The notes under the pieces were generated by a model that ran no database searches, was not told where the DNA came from, and saw nothing but the letters and a program-made list of their open reading frames with translations. A stretch of 64,000 bases of DNA from an uncultured Thermoleophilia bacterium (GTDB lineage Bacteria > Actinomycetota > Thermoleophilia > UBA2241), in contig CAVOMB010000041.1 in NCBI GenBank assembly GCA_963696935.1, forward strand, positions 9,066-73,065, read 5' to 3'. Positions 32,365-42,117 of this stretch are shown piece after piece. The number at the start of each line of letters is the position of its first letter. Position 1 is the stretch's first letter. The position numbers and the translations under genes were made by a program.

Positions 32365-33390
32365 GTGGAGGGGGGCCGGCGCGTGACCGATCGGGGCATC
32401 CAGGAGAGCATCGCGGCTGTCGCCGCTCGGCTCGGCGGCACCGTGGGGGTCGCGGCACGCAACCTTGCCAGTGGCGCCGAGGTTCACCACAACGCCGACG
32501 ACCTCTACCCCATGGCCAGCTGCTTCAAGATCCCGGCGATGGTGGAAGTCATGCGCCGGGTCGACGCCGGTACTCTCCGCCTCGACGACCGGCTCACGCT
32601 CACCGAGGCCGACAAGAGCCCCGGCAGCACGCTGATCCACTGCCACGAGGGGCTGCGGCCCAGCGTGCGCGACCTCCTCTACCTGATGATCACGCTGAGC
32701 GACAACACCGCCACCGACATGCTGTGGCGGCTGGTCGGCCTCGGCTCCGTCAACGAGACCATGCGCGGCCTCGGCCTCGAGACGATCGACTGCTTCATGC
32801 CCGACCGGGAGTACTTCCTCATCGAGTCCGGCGCCGGCGAGGAGTGGGCCGGCCTGAGCGGGCCGCAGATCGTCGCCCGATGGCGGGAGCTCGAGGCCCG
32901 CGGCGAGTACGAGGAGGCGCTCCGCCGCGTCCTCGAGGAGAACGCGCGGCTGAGCGGCGCGGGATTCCTGCACCTCTACGAGCGCCGCTGGGGGCGCGAC
33001 GAGTCGCTCGGCTACGACGACTCGTTCGCCGTCGACCAGGCACTCGACAACATGGGGTCGCCGCGCGACATGGCCGCGCTGCTCGCGATGATCGTGCAGC
33101 ACCAGTGCGCCACGGCGCCGTCGTGCCAGCTGATGCTCGAGGTCCTCGCACAGCAGGAGTGGCGCGAGAAGATCCCCGCCGGCCTGCCCGACGGCCTGCT
33201 GGTAGCCAACAAGACCGGCGGCGTGAGCGGCACCAGCAACGACGCCGCAATCGTCTTCACACCCTGCGGGGCACCACTGGTCATGGTCGTCTTCTGGAAA
33301 GGCCTGACGTACGCGGCCAAGCAGCAGGCCGACGCGGCGATCGCGGAGATCGCCGCCGTGCTGTACGAGCACCTCGGGGAGCCGGCGTGA
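32365..33390 (+). CDS. class A beta-lactamase-like serine hydrolase, no signal peptide
   Basis: SxxK (S52-C-F-K55), SDN (112-114) and KTG (283-285). The start is ambiguous between GTG 32365 and GTG 32383. Confidence 0.75.
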   Translation: MEGGRRVTDRGIQESIAAVAARLGGTVGVAARNLASGAEVHHNADDLYPMASCFKIPAMVEVMRRVDAGTLRLDDRLTLTEADKSPGSTLIHCHEGLRPSVRDLLYLMITLSDNTATDMLWRLVGLGSVNETMRGLGLETIDCFMPDREYFLIESGAGEEWAGLSGPQIVARWRELEARGEYEEALRRVLEENARLSGAGFLHLYERRWGRDESLGYDDSFAVDQALDNMGSPRDMAALLAMIVQHQCATAPSCQLMLEVLAQQEWREKIPAGLPDGLLVANKTGGVSGTSNDAAIVFTPCGAPLVMVVFWKGLTYAAKQQADAAIAEIAAVLYEHLGEPA

Positions 33391-34124
33391 AGCTCGCCGG
33401 CGCACGGGTGCTCGTGGTCGGCGGCGTCCGCCGCCTGGGACGCGCCGTCGCGCTCGACCTCGCCGCCCACGGCGCCGCGCTCGCTATCTCGACTCGCGCG
33501 CGCACGAGCGAGGCGGACGCCCAGCTCGAGGCGCTGCTCGCGGCGGGAGCGCCGGCGGCCCACCTCGTCGAGGGCGACGTGCAGGCCGCCTCTGCGGCCG
33601 CCGCCCTCGTCGCGGACGCCGCGGCCGCGCTGGGCGGCCTCGACGCGCTCGTCTTCGCGGCCAGCGGTCCGTTCGTGCCGCGGCAGCCGGAGGAGATCGA
33701 CGAGGCGATGTGGGACGCCTCCCTGGACACCATCGCCAAGGGCTTCTTTTTCACGGCCTGCGCCGCCCGCGAACGCCTGGCCACGGGCGGCGTCGTCGTC
33801 GCGCTCACCGACTTCCTGGGCCTGCAGCCGTGGGCCATGTTCGCCGCCCACGGCGCCGCCAAGGCGGCCGAGATCCACCTCGTCAAGGAACTCGCGCGCG
33901 CGTGGGCGCCGGCCGGCGTGCGTGTCTGCGGCGTGGCCCCCGGGCCGGTGGACCTGGACGACGACGAGCACCGCGCGGCCACGCTCCGAGCCGCCGCGCG
34001 CGTGGCCACCGAGCGCCTCGTCTCGCCCGCCGACATCGGCGCAGCCGTGCGCTTCTGCCTGGAGACCGAGGGGCTGACGGGCGCCAACATCGCCGTCGAC
34101 AACGGCTCGCTGGTCACGTCGTGA
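33387..34124 (+). CDS. SDR-family oxidoreductase
   Basis: GTG 33387 overlaps the upstream stop (GTGA). (M)KLAGARVLVVGGVRRLGRAVAL is a Rossmann fold; the AAHGAAKAA region occupies the position of the SDR YxxxK catalytic motif but has His where the Tyr is expected. Confidence 0.8.
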   Translation: MKLAGARVLVVGGVRRLGRAVALDLAAHGAALAISTRARTSEADAQLEALLAAGAPAAHLVEGDVQAASAAAALVADAAAALGGLDALVFAASGPFVPRQPEEIDEAMWDASLDTIAKGFFFTACAARERLATGGVVVALTDFLGLQPWAMFAAHGAAKAAEIHLVKELARAWAPAGVRVCGVAPGPVDLDDDEHRAATLRAAARVATERLVSPADIGAAVRFCLETEGLTGANIAVDNGSLVTS

Positions 34125-34162
34125 GGTGAGAAGAGCCGGCCGGCGCAGCGGGACCGGGGGGG

Positions 34163-35800
34163 TCAAGCGGTAGCCGGCTTGCCCTTTTTGGACTGGTCGA
34201 TGAGCTCCTTGGCCTTGAGCGCCAGCCAGAACTCCATGCGGTCCTGCGACTGGTTGAGGTCACGGCCGGTGATCTCCTCCACACGCTTCATGCGGTAGCG
34301 CAGCGTGTGGCGGTGGACGTAGAGCTTCTCCGCCGCGTCGCCCCAGTGGCCGTTGGCCTCCAGGAAGCAGGCGAGGCTCTTGACCAGGTCGCTCGAGTTC
34401 TGCTCGTCGTACTCCTGCAGCTTGCCGAGCACGCTGTCGTAGAAGACCTCCAGGGACAGCGTGTCCTGCAGCCCGAGCAGCAGGCCGTAGGAGCCGAGGT
34501 CGTCGAAGCTGGCGATGACCCTGGACTCGCCCTTGAGCCTGCGGATCTTGATGGCGTAGCTCGCCTCGTAGTAGCTCTGGCGCAGGTCGATGAGCTGGCG
34601 GTGCGGACGGCCGATGCCGATGGACACGGAGATCTCGGGCAGCATCTCGACGATGACCGCCTGCAGTTCGCCGGCCATCTTGATGATCTCGTGCGTGTCC
34701 ATCTTGCCGGGCTGCACGAGGATGACGACCGAGTCGCTGCGCGACGCGCTGATGCACAGGACATCGTGCCTGGCCATGAACTCGTCCACGCTCCAGTGCA
34801 GCCGCTCCTTGACCTCCTGGGCCGCCTCGGCGCCGGAACCGTCGCCCTGGTCGTCGATGTCGGCCAGTACGATGAGGTGCGGCGACTGCGGGTCGAGCCC
34901 GAAGAAGGCGAGTCGGCGGGCGATCTCCTCCTCGTAGAGGTCGCTGGCGATGAGCTCGTCGAAGAAGTCGCCGGCGAGTCGCTTCTCGGTCTCGGCCACG
35001 GCCTTCTTCTTGACCAACTCGAGCGCCGTGACGGTGACCACGTTGTGCAGGATGATGCGGTCGTACTCGCTGAAGTCGCCGCTGTCCTTGACCACGGCGA
35101 GGAACGCGCCGATACGGTGCGACGCGACCACGGGGTACACCTGGACCCCCGAGCCCACGCCCTCCATAGAGAGGGCGAATTTCTGGCGGTCGGCGCGGCG
35201 GTCGCTGATCATGCGCCAAAGATCGGCGATGAGCTCCGCGCCCAGGTGACGGCGGTACGCCACCTCGCAGAGCACGACGCCGTGGAAGTCGAAGAGTACG
35301 GCGGAGCAGCCGACCAGGGCCGAGAGCGTCGAGAGGATGGCCTCAAGGCCCTTCTCCTCCAGCACGATCTTGGTGAGCTTCTCGTGCACGGCGAGGCTGC
35401 GCTGCAGCAGCGAGTACTGCTCGTTGACGATCTTGGACGCAACGGCCTCGGTGATGGCGATGAACGGCACGTGGTAGGGCACCTCGAACAGCGGGAACTC
35501 GTACTCCTCCGCGACCTTGACGATGGCCCGCGGCGCCTTGTCGAAGCTGAACCCGGTGCCGAACCCGAGGCCGGAGATGTTGTGGTCGATGAGGCGCTTG
35601 ATCTGCGCCACCTGCTGCTCTTCCGTGCCGACGAACCCGTAGCCGGTGGTGAGGAGGAGCTCGCCGCCCTTGAGCCACTTGGTGGGGTCCGGCACCTCGG
35701 TGATGTGGACCCAGCGGACCGGGTTGCTGGTGGACTTGCCGCCGGCCAGGAGTTTCAGGTTGAGCTCGGGGATCTCGAGGATGTCCTGTATCGTGATCAT
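34163..35800 (-). CDS. PucR-family transcriptional regulator
   Basis: 545 aa. N-terminal PucR purine-catabolism-regulator-like domain (ILEIPELNLKLLAGG...WVHITE) and C-terminal PucR HTH (HRHTLRYRMKRVEEITGRDL). Confidence 0.85.
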   Translation of the reverse strand: MITIQDILEIPELNLKLLAGGKSTSNPVRWVHITEVPDPTKWLKGGELLLTTGYGFVGTEEQQVAQIKRLIDHNISGLGFGTGFSFDKAPRAIVKVAEEYEFPLFEVPYHVPFIAITEAVASKIVNEQYSLLQRSLAVHEKLTKIVLEEKGLEAILSTLSALVGCSAVLFDFHGVVLCEVAYRRHLGAELIADLWRMISDRRADRQKFALSMEGVGSGVQVYPVVASHRIGAFLAVVKDSGDFSEYDRIILHNVVTVTALELVKKKAVAETEKRLAGDFFDELIASDLYEEEIARRLAFFGLDPQSPHLIVLADIDDQGDGSGAEAAQEVKERLHWSVDEFMARHDVLCISASRSDSVVILVQPGKMDTHEIIKMAGELQAVIVEMLPEISVSIGIGRPHRQLIDLRQSYYEASYAIKIRRLKGESRVIASFDDLGSYGLLLGLQDTLSLEVFYDSVLGKLQEYDEQNSSDLVKSLACFLEANGHWGDAAEKLYVHRHTLRYRMKRVEEITGRDLNQSQDRMEFWLALKAKELIDQSKKGKPATA

Positions 35801-35915
35801 CGCCGGGATTCTACACGATGTCCAAGTCCAGAGCGAGAGGACAGGACCTCAATACCGGGCGGATTTTGTACATGCTGGCAGGACCGCAGAGGCGCGCGCC
35901 GGGCCCGCGCACCCG

Positions 35916-37562
35916 TCAGGTGCGCGTGAGCACGCGCCCGGGCAGCTCGCCGGTGACCTCGCCGTCGTCCAGCACCGGCACGCCGTTGACCACCACGAGG
36001 TCCATCCCCTCGGGCGAGCCGTGCGGGATGTTCTCGAACGGGAACGCGTGCGGGTACAGGTTGGTGGCGCGGTCGTGAACGCGGTCGAGGTCGAAGACGA
36101 CGAGGTCCGCCTTGAGCCCGGGGCGCAGCGCGCCGCGGTCGAACAGGCGGAACCGCTGCGCCGGGAAGGAGGTCATCTTGCGAACGGCCTCCTCGAGGCG
36201 CAGCACCGGCTCTTCGCGCACGTAGCGCTCGAGCACGCCCGGGTACTCCCCGTAGCTGCACGGCCAGTACACGGAGGGGTCGTCCAGCTGCTCCGGCGGC
36301 TGCATGACGAGCCCGTCCGACGAGATCATGGCGATGGGGCTCTGCAGCAGCGCCCGGATGTTCTTCTCCTCGATGTAGTCGAAGAGCCCGATGATGTCGT
36401 CGTCCTCCTCGACGATGAGGTCGAGGAAGGTGTCGAAGGCGTCGGCGCCGCGCCGGGCGGCGATGTCGGCGACGGAGCGGCCGCGCAGCTCCGGGTGGCG
36501 GCCGGCGTGGAACACCACGATGCGCTCGAAGCGGCCGTGCCGCACCAGACCGGCGTAACCGGCGCCGGGCAGCGTGTCCTCCTCGATCTCCCGGCGGAGG
36601 GCCACGCGCGCCTCCGGGTCCGAGAGTAGCGCGATCAGCGCGTCGTGGTCCAGGTCGAGCACCGGCTGCGGCAGCGCCCGCGAGAGACGCGGCGCCAGGT
36701 CGGTGTGCACGTCGTTGTCGGTGGTCACGTCGAGGCCGTCGCGGCGGGCCCGCTCGATGAGACCGAGGTTGGCCGCCGCGTCCTCAGGCGCGCCCCACTT
36801 GGGCGCGTTGTGCGACACCTCCACGGGGCAGCCCGCGGCGCGCCCCAGCTCGAGAGCCTCGGCGACAGCCTGAAGGATGGTCTCGCGCTCGCCGCGCACG
36901 TGCGACGTGTAGATGCCCTGGTGCCGCGCGACCACCCGGCAGAGCCGCAGCAGCTCCTCCGTGCTCGCGAAGCAGCCCGGCGGGTACACCAGACCGCTGG
37001 ACATACCGTGCGCGCCGGCGCGCATGCTGGCGTCCAGCAGCCGCTCCATGCGCGCCAGCTCGCGCTCGGTCACGGCCCGCTCGGCGAAGCCCGCCACGGC
37101 GAGCCGCAGCGCGCCGTGGCCGACGAGCGGCACGAGGTTGATGGCGTGGCCGCCGCGGCGCAGCGCGGCCAGGTACTGGCCGAACGTGCGCCAGTCCCAG
37201 GCCACGTGCTCCAGCCCCCACGCGTAGTGCGCCCAGTTGTGCACCGCGTCCACGCGGTGCTTCTCCGTCAGCGGCGCCGCCGACATGCCGCAGTTGCCGA
37301 TGACCTGCGTGGTGACGCCCTGCCGCACGGCCGTCTCCGCGCGCGGGTGCAGCAGGATGGTCAGGTCCGAGTGCGTGTGCGGGTCGATGAAGCCGGGTGT
37401 GACGTAGCGGTCGGCGGCGTCGACGACGCGCCGGCCGCGCAGCGTGCCCGGCGCGCCGACGGCCGCGATGCGGCCGCCGCGGATGCCGACGTCGCCGCGG
37501 TACCAGGGATTGCCGCAGCCGTCGACGATGCGCCCGTTGGCGACGACCAGGTCGTGGACCAT
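35916..37562 (-). CDS. N-acyl-D-amino-acid deacylase (D-aminoacylase) family amidohydrolase
   Basis: Start at ATG 37562 (MVHDLVVANGRIVDG...), overlapping the upstream TGA. GFIDPHTHSD, GVTTQVIGNCG and IYTSHVRGE motifs. Confidence 0.85.
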   Translation of the reverse strand: MVHDLVVANGRIVDGCGNPWYRGDVGIRGGRIAAVGAPGTLRGRRVVDAADRYVTPGFIDPHTHSDLTILLHPRAETAVRQGVTTQVIGNCGMSAAPLTEKHRVDAVHNWAHYAWGLEHVAWDWRTFGQYLAALRRGGHAINLVPLVGHGALRLAVAGFAERAVTERELARMERLLDASMRAGAHGMSSGLVYPPGCFASTEELLRLCRVVARHQGIYTSHVRGERETILQAVAEALELGRAAGCPVEVSHNAPKWGAPEDAAANLGLIERARRDGLDVTTDNDVHTDLAPRLSRALPQPVLDLDHDALIALLSDPEARVALRREIEEDTLPGAGYAGLVRHGRFERIVVFHAGRHPELRGRSVADIAARRGADAFDTFLDLIVEEDDDIIGLFDYIEEKNIRALLQSPIAMISSDGLVMQPPEQLDDPSVYWPCSYGEYPGVLERYVREEPVLRLEEAVRKMTSFPAQRFRLFDRGALRPGLKADLVVFDLDRVHDRATNLYPHAFPFENIPHGSPEGMDLVVVNGVPVLDDGEVTGELPGRVLTRT

Positions 37563-38665
37563 CAGGCGTCGCCCATCTCGAACACCTGGTACTCGTTCTC
37601 GCAAGGCGGCCCGGCGCACGCGTACATGCGCCGCTCGTCCAAGTCGCAGATGAGGCTGCCGACGGTCATGCCCTGGTCGGCCGGCGGCAGCGCGAGGTCA
37701 GGGTGGCCGCAGATGCAGTCGTCGGGAGACGGGTCATGCACGCGCAGCACGCGGGCGACGAGGTCCACAGGGTCGTCGCCGGCCGCGAGGCCCTGGGCCA
37801 GCATCCGCTCCGCCGTGGCGAGCCGCACCTCCGACTCCCCTCCCCCGTACCCCTCATAGGCCTGCATCGCCGGCGAGACGTAGTGGTTGGAGTGCGCCAT
37901 GAAGCCGGCCGCGGTGTGGTCGGCCAGGTCGAACGCGGTGGCCGAGGTCTCGAGGTCCCACAGCCGGCCGCCGGTGTCGGCGAAGAACTGGTTGGTGCCA
38001 CGGGCGCGGGCGGCCAGCAGGCCCCTGTCCCGCGCCTCCTCGATCGTGCGCGCGTCCAGCGAGGACCGGCGCACGAACACGTTGGGCACGCCGACGCGGT
38101 TGTCGGTGGAGTGCACTGAGTTGCTCACGTTGCCGAGGCCGTGGTTGTTCATGCCGAGCATGAGCAGGTACGGCGCGCCGGCCAGTCCCATGACGCGTGT
38201 GCCGTCCGGGCCGGTGAGGTCGAACAGGACGTTGTTGACGGCGTCGATGACGTACCAGTCCATGTTGTGGCCGACGATGTGCCGGCCTCCGCTGACGACG
38301 GCCACGGCCGTGCAGTGGTCGCCGGAGTGCGGGCTGTGGGCCGGCGCGGGAGCGGTGGGCTCGTCGGCGGTGAATTCCTCACCGCAGTTGAGGACCAGCA
38401 GACGGGAGAACGGCACACCGGAGCCCTCCGCGAGACCCTCGAGCTCCTCCACGTACTGCGGCAGCCAGCGGCGCGCCGCGTCCGCGTAGGCAGGCGCCTG
38501 CCGCTCGGCCTCTTCGAAGGTCAGGCGCCCCTTGGTGAGCGCCGGCAAGTCGGCGCGGAAGAACTCGACGGAGGCCAGTACCTGCTCGCGCGCGGCCTCG
38601 CCGACGGCGCGGCCTAGCTCGCGGTGGGTCCCACTGGCCTGGACGTGGACGAACGGGATCGCCAT
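37562..38665 (-). CDS. peptidase C45 / acyl-CoA:6-aminopenicillanic-acid acyltransferase-family Ntn hydrolase
   Basis: 367 aa. N-terminal propeptide-like region, then the candidate nucleophile in SGDHCTAVAV, followed by GHNMDW. Family call is by pattern recollection. Confidence 0.65.
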   Translation of the reverse strand: MAIPFVHVQASGTHRELGRAVGEAAREQVLASVEFFRADLPALTKGRLTFEEAERQAPAYADAARRWLPQYVEELEGLAEGSGVPFSRLLVLNCGEEFTADEPTAPAPAHSPHSGDHCTAVAVVSGGRHIVGHNMDWYVIDAVNNVLFDLTGPDGTRVMGLAGAPYLLMLGMNNHGLGNVSNSVHSTDNRVGVPNVFVRRSSLDARTIEEARDRGLLAARARGTNQFFADTGGRLWDLETSATAFDLADHTAAGFMAHSNHYVSPAMQAYEGYGGGESEVRLATAERMLAQGLAAGDDPVDLVARVLRVHDPSPDDCICGHPDLALPPADQGMTVGSLICDLDERRMYACAGPPCENEYQVFEMGDA

Positions 38666-38674
38666 GGCCGCAGT

Positions 38675-40150
38675 CTACAGCCCGAGCACGAGGCGCGGGT
38701 CGGGATGGTCGCCGATGCCGAGCTCGGCGGCGCAATGGTCGATGAGTCTGGCGAGCTCGTCCACCACGTCGCCGGGCAGCCCCACCGGCTCGCGGTCGGT
38801 GAACTCCTCGACGCGATCGGCGGCGAGGTCGACGATGCCGGAGCGTCCGGCGGCGAGCCAGTCGCCCATGCCGCCGCGGTAGCTCAGCGAGGGGCTGACG
38901 AACTCCGAGCGGATGTAGCGGCGCGTGTGCTTGGTGCCGAGGAACCCGCGCCCCGAGAGCACCCCGTCCACCATCGCCTCCACGTCGAGCACGTCACGGT
39001 CCCACGGGCGCGGGGCGACCGCGTACAGAGCGTTGTTCAGCACCTCGTCGTCGATGACGAGGACTTCGAGACAGCTGGCGACGCCAGCCTGGATCTCGCC
39101 GATGCCGGAGAGCAGGCGCGGGTGCGGCGACAGCCCCAGCACGGCGTTGACGGCGCGCTCGAACCCGAACTGCGCGTCGACGACCTTGCTGTCGCTGCAC
39201 GGACCGTAGCAGTCGCAGGCAAGGCCGCAGCGCCGCGCCAGCAGCACGGCGGCCACGGAGCCGACGCCGGTCTCCGGCGTGCCGCTGACGACGACGCCGC
39301 TGCGCGGGTCGACGGCGCTCAGACGTGGGCCGTAGTACACCGGCGTGCCCGGCGAGGCCAGCTGCGTGAGGACGACCCCGGCGAGCACCTCGGCGTGCTG
39401 CTGCGCCAACGCCGGCGAGAGCGCCCCGGGCGCCGTGGTGGCGGCGGCGGGGCACGGCAGGATCTCCACCGCCACGCCACCGCGGCGCACCTGCTCCACC
39501 AGCGCGTCGGAGACGTCGCCTCCCAAGATCAGCGGGCTCACCGGCGAGAAGGCGAGGTCGACGGGATAGGTCCCGTCACTGCCGCCCGCGCCGGTGACGG
39601 CCACGGCCATCTCCTGCAGGTACAGCGCCTGGAAGGCGTGCGAGATGCCGGGCCCGCCGATGGCCTTGTCTGTCTCGTGGGCGAGGATGAGGTAGGAGTA
39701 GAGCGGCTCGAGAAGGTCGGGCACGTCCTCGGGCTGCCAGAGCGACGTGACCTGCTGCTGGTGCGCCAGGTGGTGCATCACACGGGTGGCGAGCACCTGG
39801 TCGCGCAGCGTCGCACGACGCCCGGCACCGCTGCGCGGGTCGACCACGTCTCGAGCCCCGCCCAGGTTGTGCACGTAGGTCTGGGCGGGATCGGGATCCA
39901 TGGACAGGGACTTCTCGGGGTCGCGCGCGGCGAGCACGTACTCGCGCGGGCACGCGGCGAGCGCGTCGTCCACGACGGCGCGCGGGATGCTCACGCGCTC
40001 CTGCGCGCCGAGGCTGCAGCCCGCCGCGAGGAAGAGCTCCCGCGCGGCGGGAGACTCGACGCGCACCCCGGCCCGCTCGAGCAGCGTGAGCGCCGCCAGG
40101 TGCATCGCCTCGATTGCTTCGTCGGGCCAGAGTGCAGCGAGCTCGGTCAT
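38675..40150 (-). CDS. MttB-superfamily (trimethylamine methyltransferase-like) protein, non-pyrrolysine type
   Basis: 491 aa uninterrupted ORF with no in-frame TAG. The N-terminal pattern EAMHLAALTLLERAGVRVESPAARELFLAAGC and the overall length are typical of MttB/MtgB-like TIM-barrel methyltransferases. Confidence 0.8.
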   Translation of the reverse strand: MTELAALWPDEAIEAMHLAALTLLERAGVRVESPAARELFLAAGCSLGAQERVSIPRAVVDDALAACPREYVLAARDPEKSLSMDPDPAQTYVHNLGGARDVVDPRSGAGRRATLRDQVLATRVMHHLAHQQQVTSLWQPEDVPDLLEPLYSYLILAHETDKAIGGPGISHAFQALYLQEMAVAVTGAGGSDGTYPVDLAFSPVSPLILGGDVSDALVEQVRRGGVAVEILPCPAAATTAPGALSPALAQQHAEVLAGVVLTQLASPGTPVYYGPRLSAVDPRSGVVVSGTPETGVGSVAAVLLARRCGLACDCYGPCSDSKVVDAQFGFERAVNAVLGLSPHPRLLSGIGEIQAGVASCLEVLVIDDEVLNNALYAVAPRPWDRDVLDVEAMVDGVLSGRGFLGTKHTRRYIRSEFVSPSLSYRGGMGDWLAAGRSGIVDLAADRVEEFTDREPVGLPGDVVDELARLIDHCAAELGIGDHPDPRLVLGL

Positions 40151-40184
40151 GCGTGTCTCCTCCTCGTGGCGCGGGATGCGCCGG

Positions 40185-42047
40185 TCATGCGTCTTCCGTG
40201 GTCTTCGGGCGGCGCCTCAGCACCGCGAACCCTACGGCCGCGATGGCGATACCTCCGGCCACCAGGCCCCACACCCAGGCCCTGGAGGCCGGCGGTACAG
40301 GCCGCGCGGCCTGCAACGGCCGCAGGGAGATGTACGTGGAGCGCAACTGGTTCCAGAACGGCGACCCGTCCCCGCCCGGCGCCAGTACGTAGCCGGCCCA
40401 CCGGTCCGTGCGGAAGGCCTGCAGGTTCACGTTGTACCAGAGCACGACGTACGGGTCGTCGCGGTACAGGAGCTTCTGCATGGCGACGATCAGGTCCCTG
40501 CGGTGCGCGGTGTCCGTCGGGTCCGCCGGGTCGACCGCCTGCGACTGCAGCGTGTACAGGCGGTCGTACACCGGGTCCGAGTACTGGCTGTCGCTCCAGC
40601 TCATGATCTGCCGGGTGGTGAAGGTGCTCAGGATGAAGCCGGGGTCGACGTCGCCGCCCCAGCTCCAGACGAACAGGTCGTAGTCGGCGTCGTCGTAGAT
40701 GCGGTCGCTGAAATCGGCCTCGCTCATGACCTGCAGGTGCAGGGCGATGCCCACGTCGCGGCACCAGCCCACGATCATGCGCGCCGCCTCCTGGTCCGCA
40801 GGGTACTCGGTGAGCGCCGCCAAGCGGAACGAGAGCTTGCGGCCGGCGGCGTCCTCGCGGATGCCGTCGGCGTCACGGTCGCTGTACCCGGCGTCCTCCA
40901 GTATCTGCTTGGCGCGCTGGGGGTCGTAGGAGTACCGCGCGTTCTCGGGGACCTCCCAGTACCAGTCGCCCTGCGCCGGAGAGACGACCGAACCGCCGGG
41001 CACCGCCAGGCCGGCCATGGCACTGGCCACGATCTTGTCGTCGTCGATGGCCCAGTGGACGGCGCGGCGGATGGAGGCGTCGCGGAGCAGCGGGTCGCCC
41101 TTGCTCCGCGGGCTCTGCCAGCAGTTGAACCCCAGCTCGTGGAACCCGATGGCCGGTGAGGCGACCGTGCTGGAGCCGGCCACCTCCGCGTAGGCGGGCT
41201 GCATGGTGGCCGGGAAGTCGGTCACCGCGTCGAGCCTGCCGGCCCGGTAGTCCTCGAGCAGCGCCTGGGCGTCGCGCCCGACCTCGAACGTGAGCCGTGT
41301 GACGGTGGGCGGGCCGCCCAGCGCCTGCGGGTACACGGGATTGGGCTCCAGCGTGACGTCACGCCCGGCCTGGAGCCCGGTCACCCGGAACGGCCCCGAC
41401 CCGACGAACGGCAGGTTGGAGTACTCAGCCAGACGGTCGGGGTCCACCTTGCTCCAGATGTGCTCCGGCAGGATCGGGATGGCGATGGCCAGCATGTCGG
41501 CCTTGGGGCGCCGGGTGGTGATCACCACGGTGGCGTCGTCCGGCGCCTGCACGTCCTTCACGCCCGAGAGATACTGGATGTAGGCGGGCTGGTGCGTCTT
41601 CAGCACGAGGTCGTAGGTGAAGACGACGTCCCGCGCGGTGAGCGGCACCCCGTCCTGCCACTCCATGCCGTCGCGCAGGTGGAAGGTCCAAGCGAGGCCG
41701 TCTTCAGAGGGCTCCCAGCTCGTGGCTATGTCCGGAGCGGGCCGGTAGTCGGCGTCGTACCAGGTGAGGAAGTCGTAGCCGAGGCGGAAGCACTCCCACG
41801 ACACGGCGCTCCAGGAGCGGAAGGGATTGACCCCGTCGCAGTCCTGCGACGTGCCGATGCTGTAGGCGAGCGGGCCCGACGCCGGCGACGCGGCGGCGTC
41901 CGGAGAGGACGCCGCGGCCGGGAGCGCCGCCGCGAGGCACAGGACGGCCGCGACCAGTAGCGTCGGCGCGGCCGCGGCCCACGCGAGGCGCCGGCGGCTC
42001 CGCGCCGCCGCCCCGTCGTTGCGTGTCGTCTCCCGGTGGTTTCGCAT
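40185..42047 (-). CDS. ABC transporter substrate-binding protein, family 5 (peptide/nickel type), with N-terminal RR-containing signal and C-terminal TM anchor
   Basis: 620 aa. SRRRLAWAAAAPTLLVAAVLCLAAAL signal, SBP_bac_5 core (ATSWEPSEDGLAWTFHLRDGMEWQDG), and C-terminal WVWGLVAGGIAIAAVGFAVLRRRPK. Confidence 0.88.
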   Translation of the reverse strand: MRNHRETTRNDGAAARSRRRLAWAAAAPTLLVAAVLCLAAALPAAASSPDAAASPASGPLAYSIGTSQDCDGVNPFRSWSAVSWECFRLGYDFLTWYDADYRPAPDIATSWEPSEDGLAWTFHLRDGMEWQDGVPLTARDVVFTYDLVLKTHQPAYIQYLSGVKDVQAPDDATVVITTRRPKADMLAIAIPILPEHIWSKVDPDRLAEYSNLPFVGSGPFRVTGLQAGRDVTLEPNPVYPQALGGPPTVTRLTFEVGRDAQALLEDYRAGRLDAVTDFPATMQPAYAEVAGSSTVASPAIGFHELGFNCWQSPRSKGDPLLRDASIRRAVHWAIDDDKIVASAMAGLAVPGGSVVSPAQGDWYWEVPENARYSYDPQRAKQILEDAGYSDRDADGIREDAAGRKLSFRLAALTEYPADQEAARMIVGWCRDVGIALHLQVMSEADFSDRIYDDADYDLFVWSWGGDVDPGFILSTFTTRQIMSWSDSQYSDPVYDRLYTLQSQAVDPADPTDTAHRRDLIVAMQKLLYRDDPYVVLWYNVNLQAFRTDRWAGYVLAPGGDGSPFWNQLRSTYISLRPLQAARPVPPASRAWVWGLVAGGIAIAAVGFAVLRRRPKTTEDA

Positions 42048-42117
42048 AGGCCGAACGCGGGCCGACCGGGGCGGCGCAGGCGCCTCACGGCGCCGCCGCC
42101 CCGGCCGGCCCTCTCCG

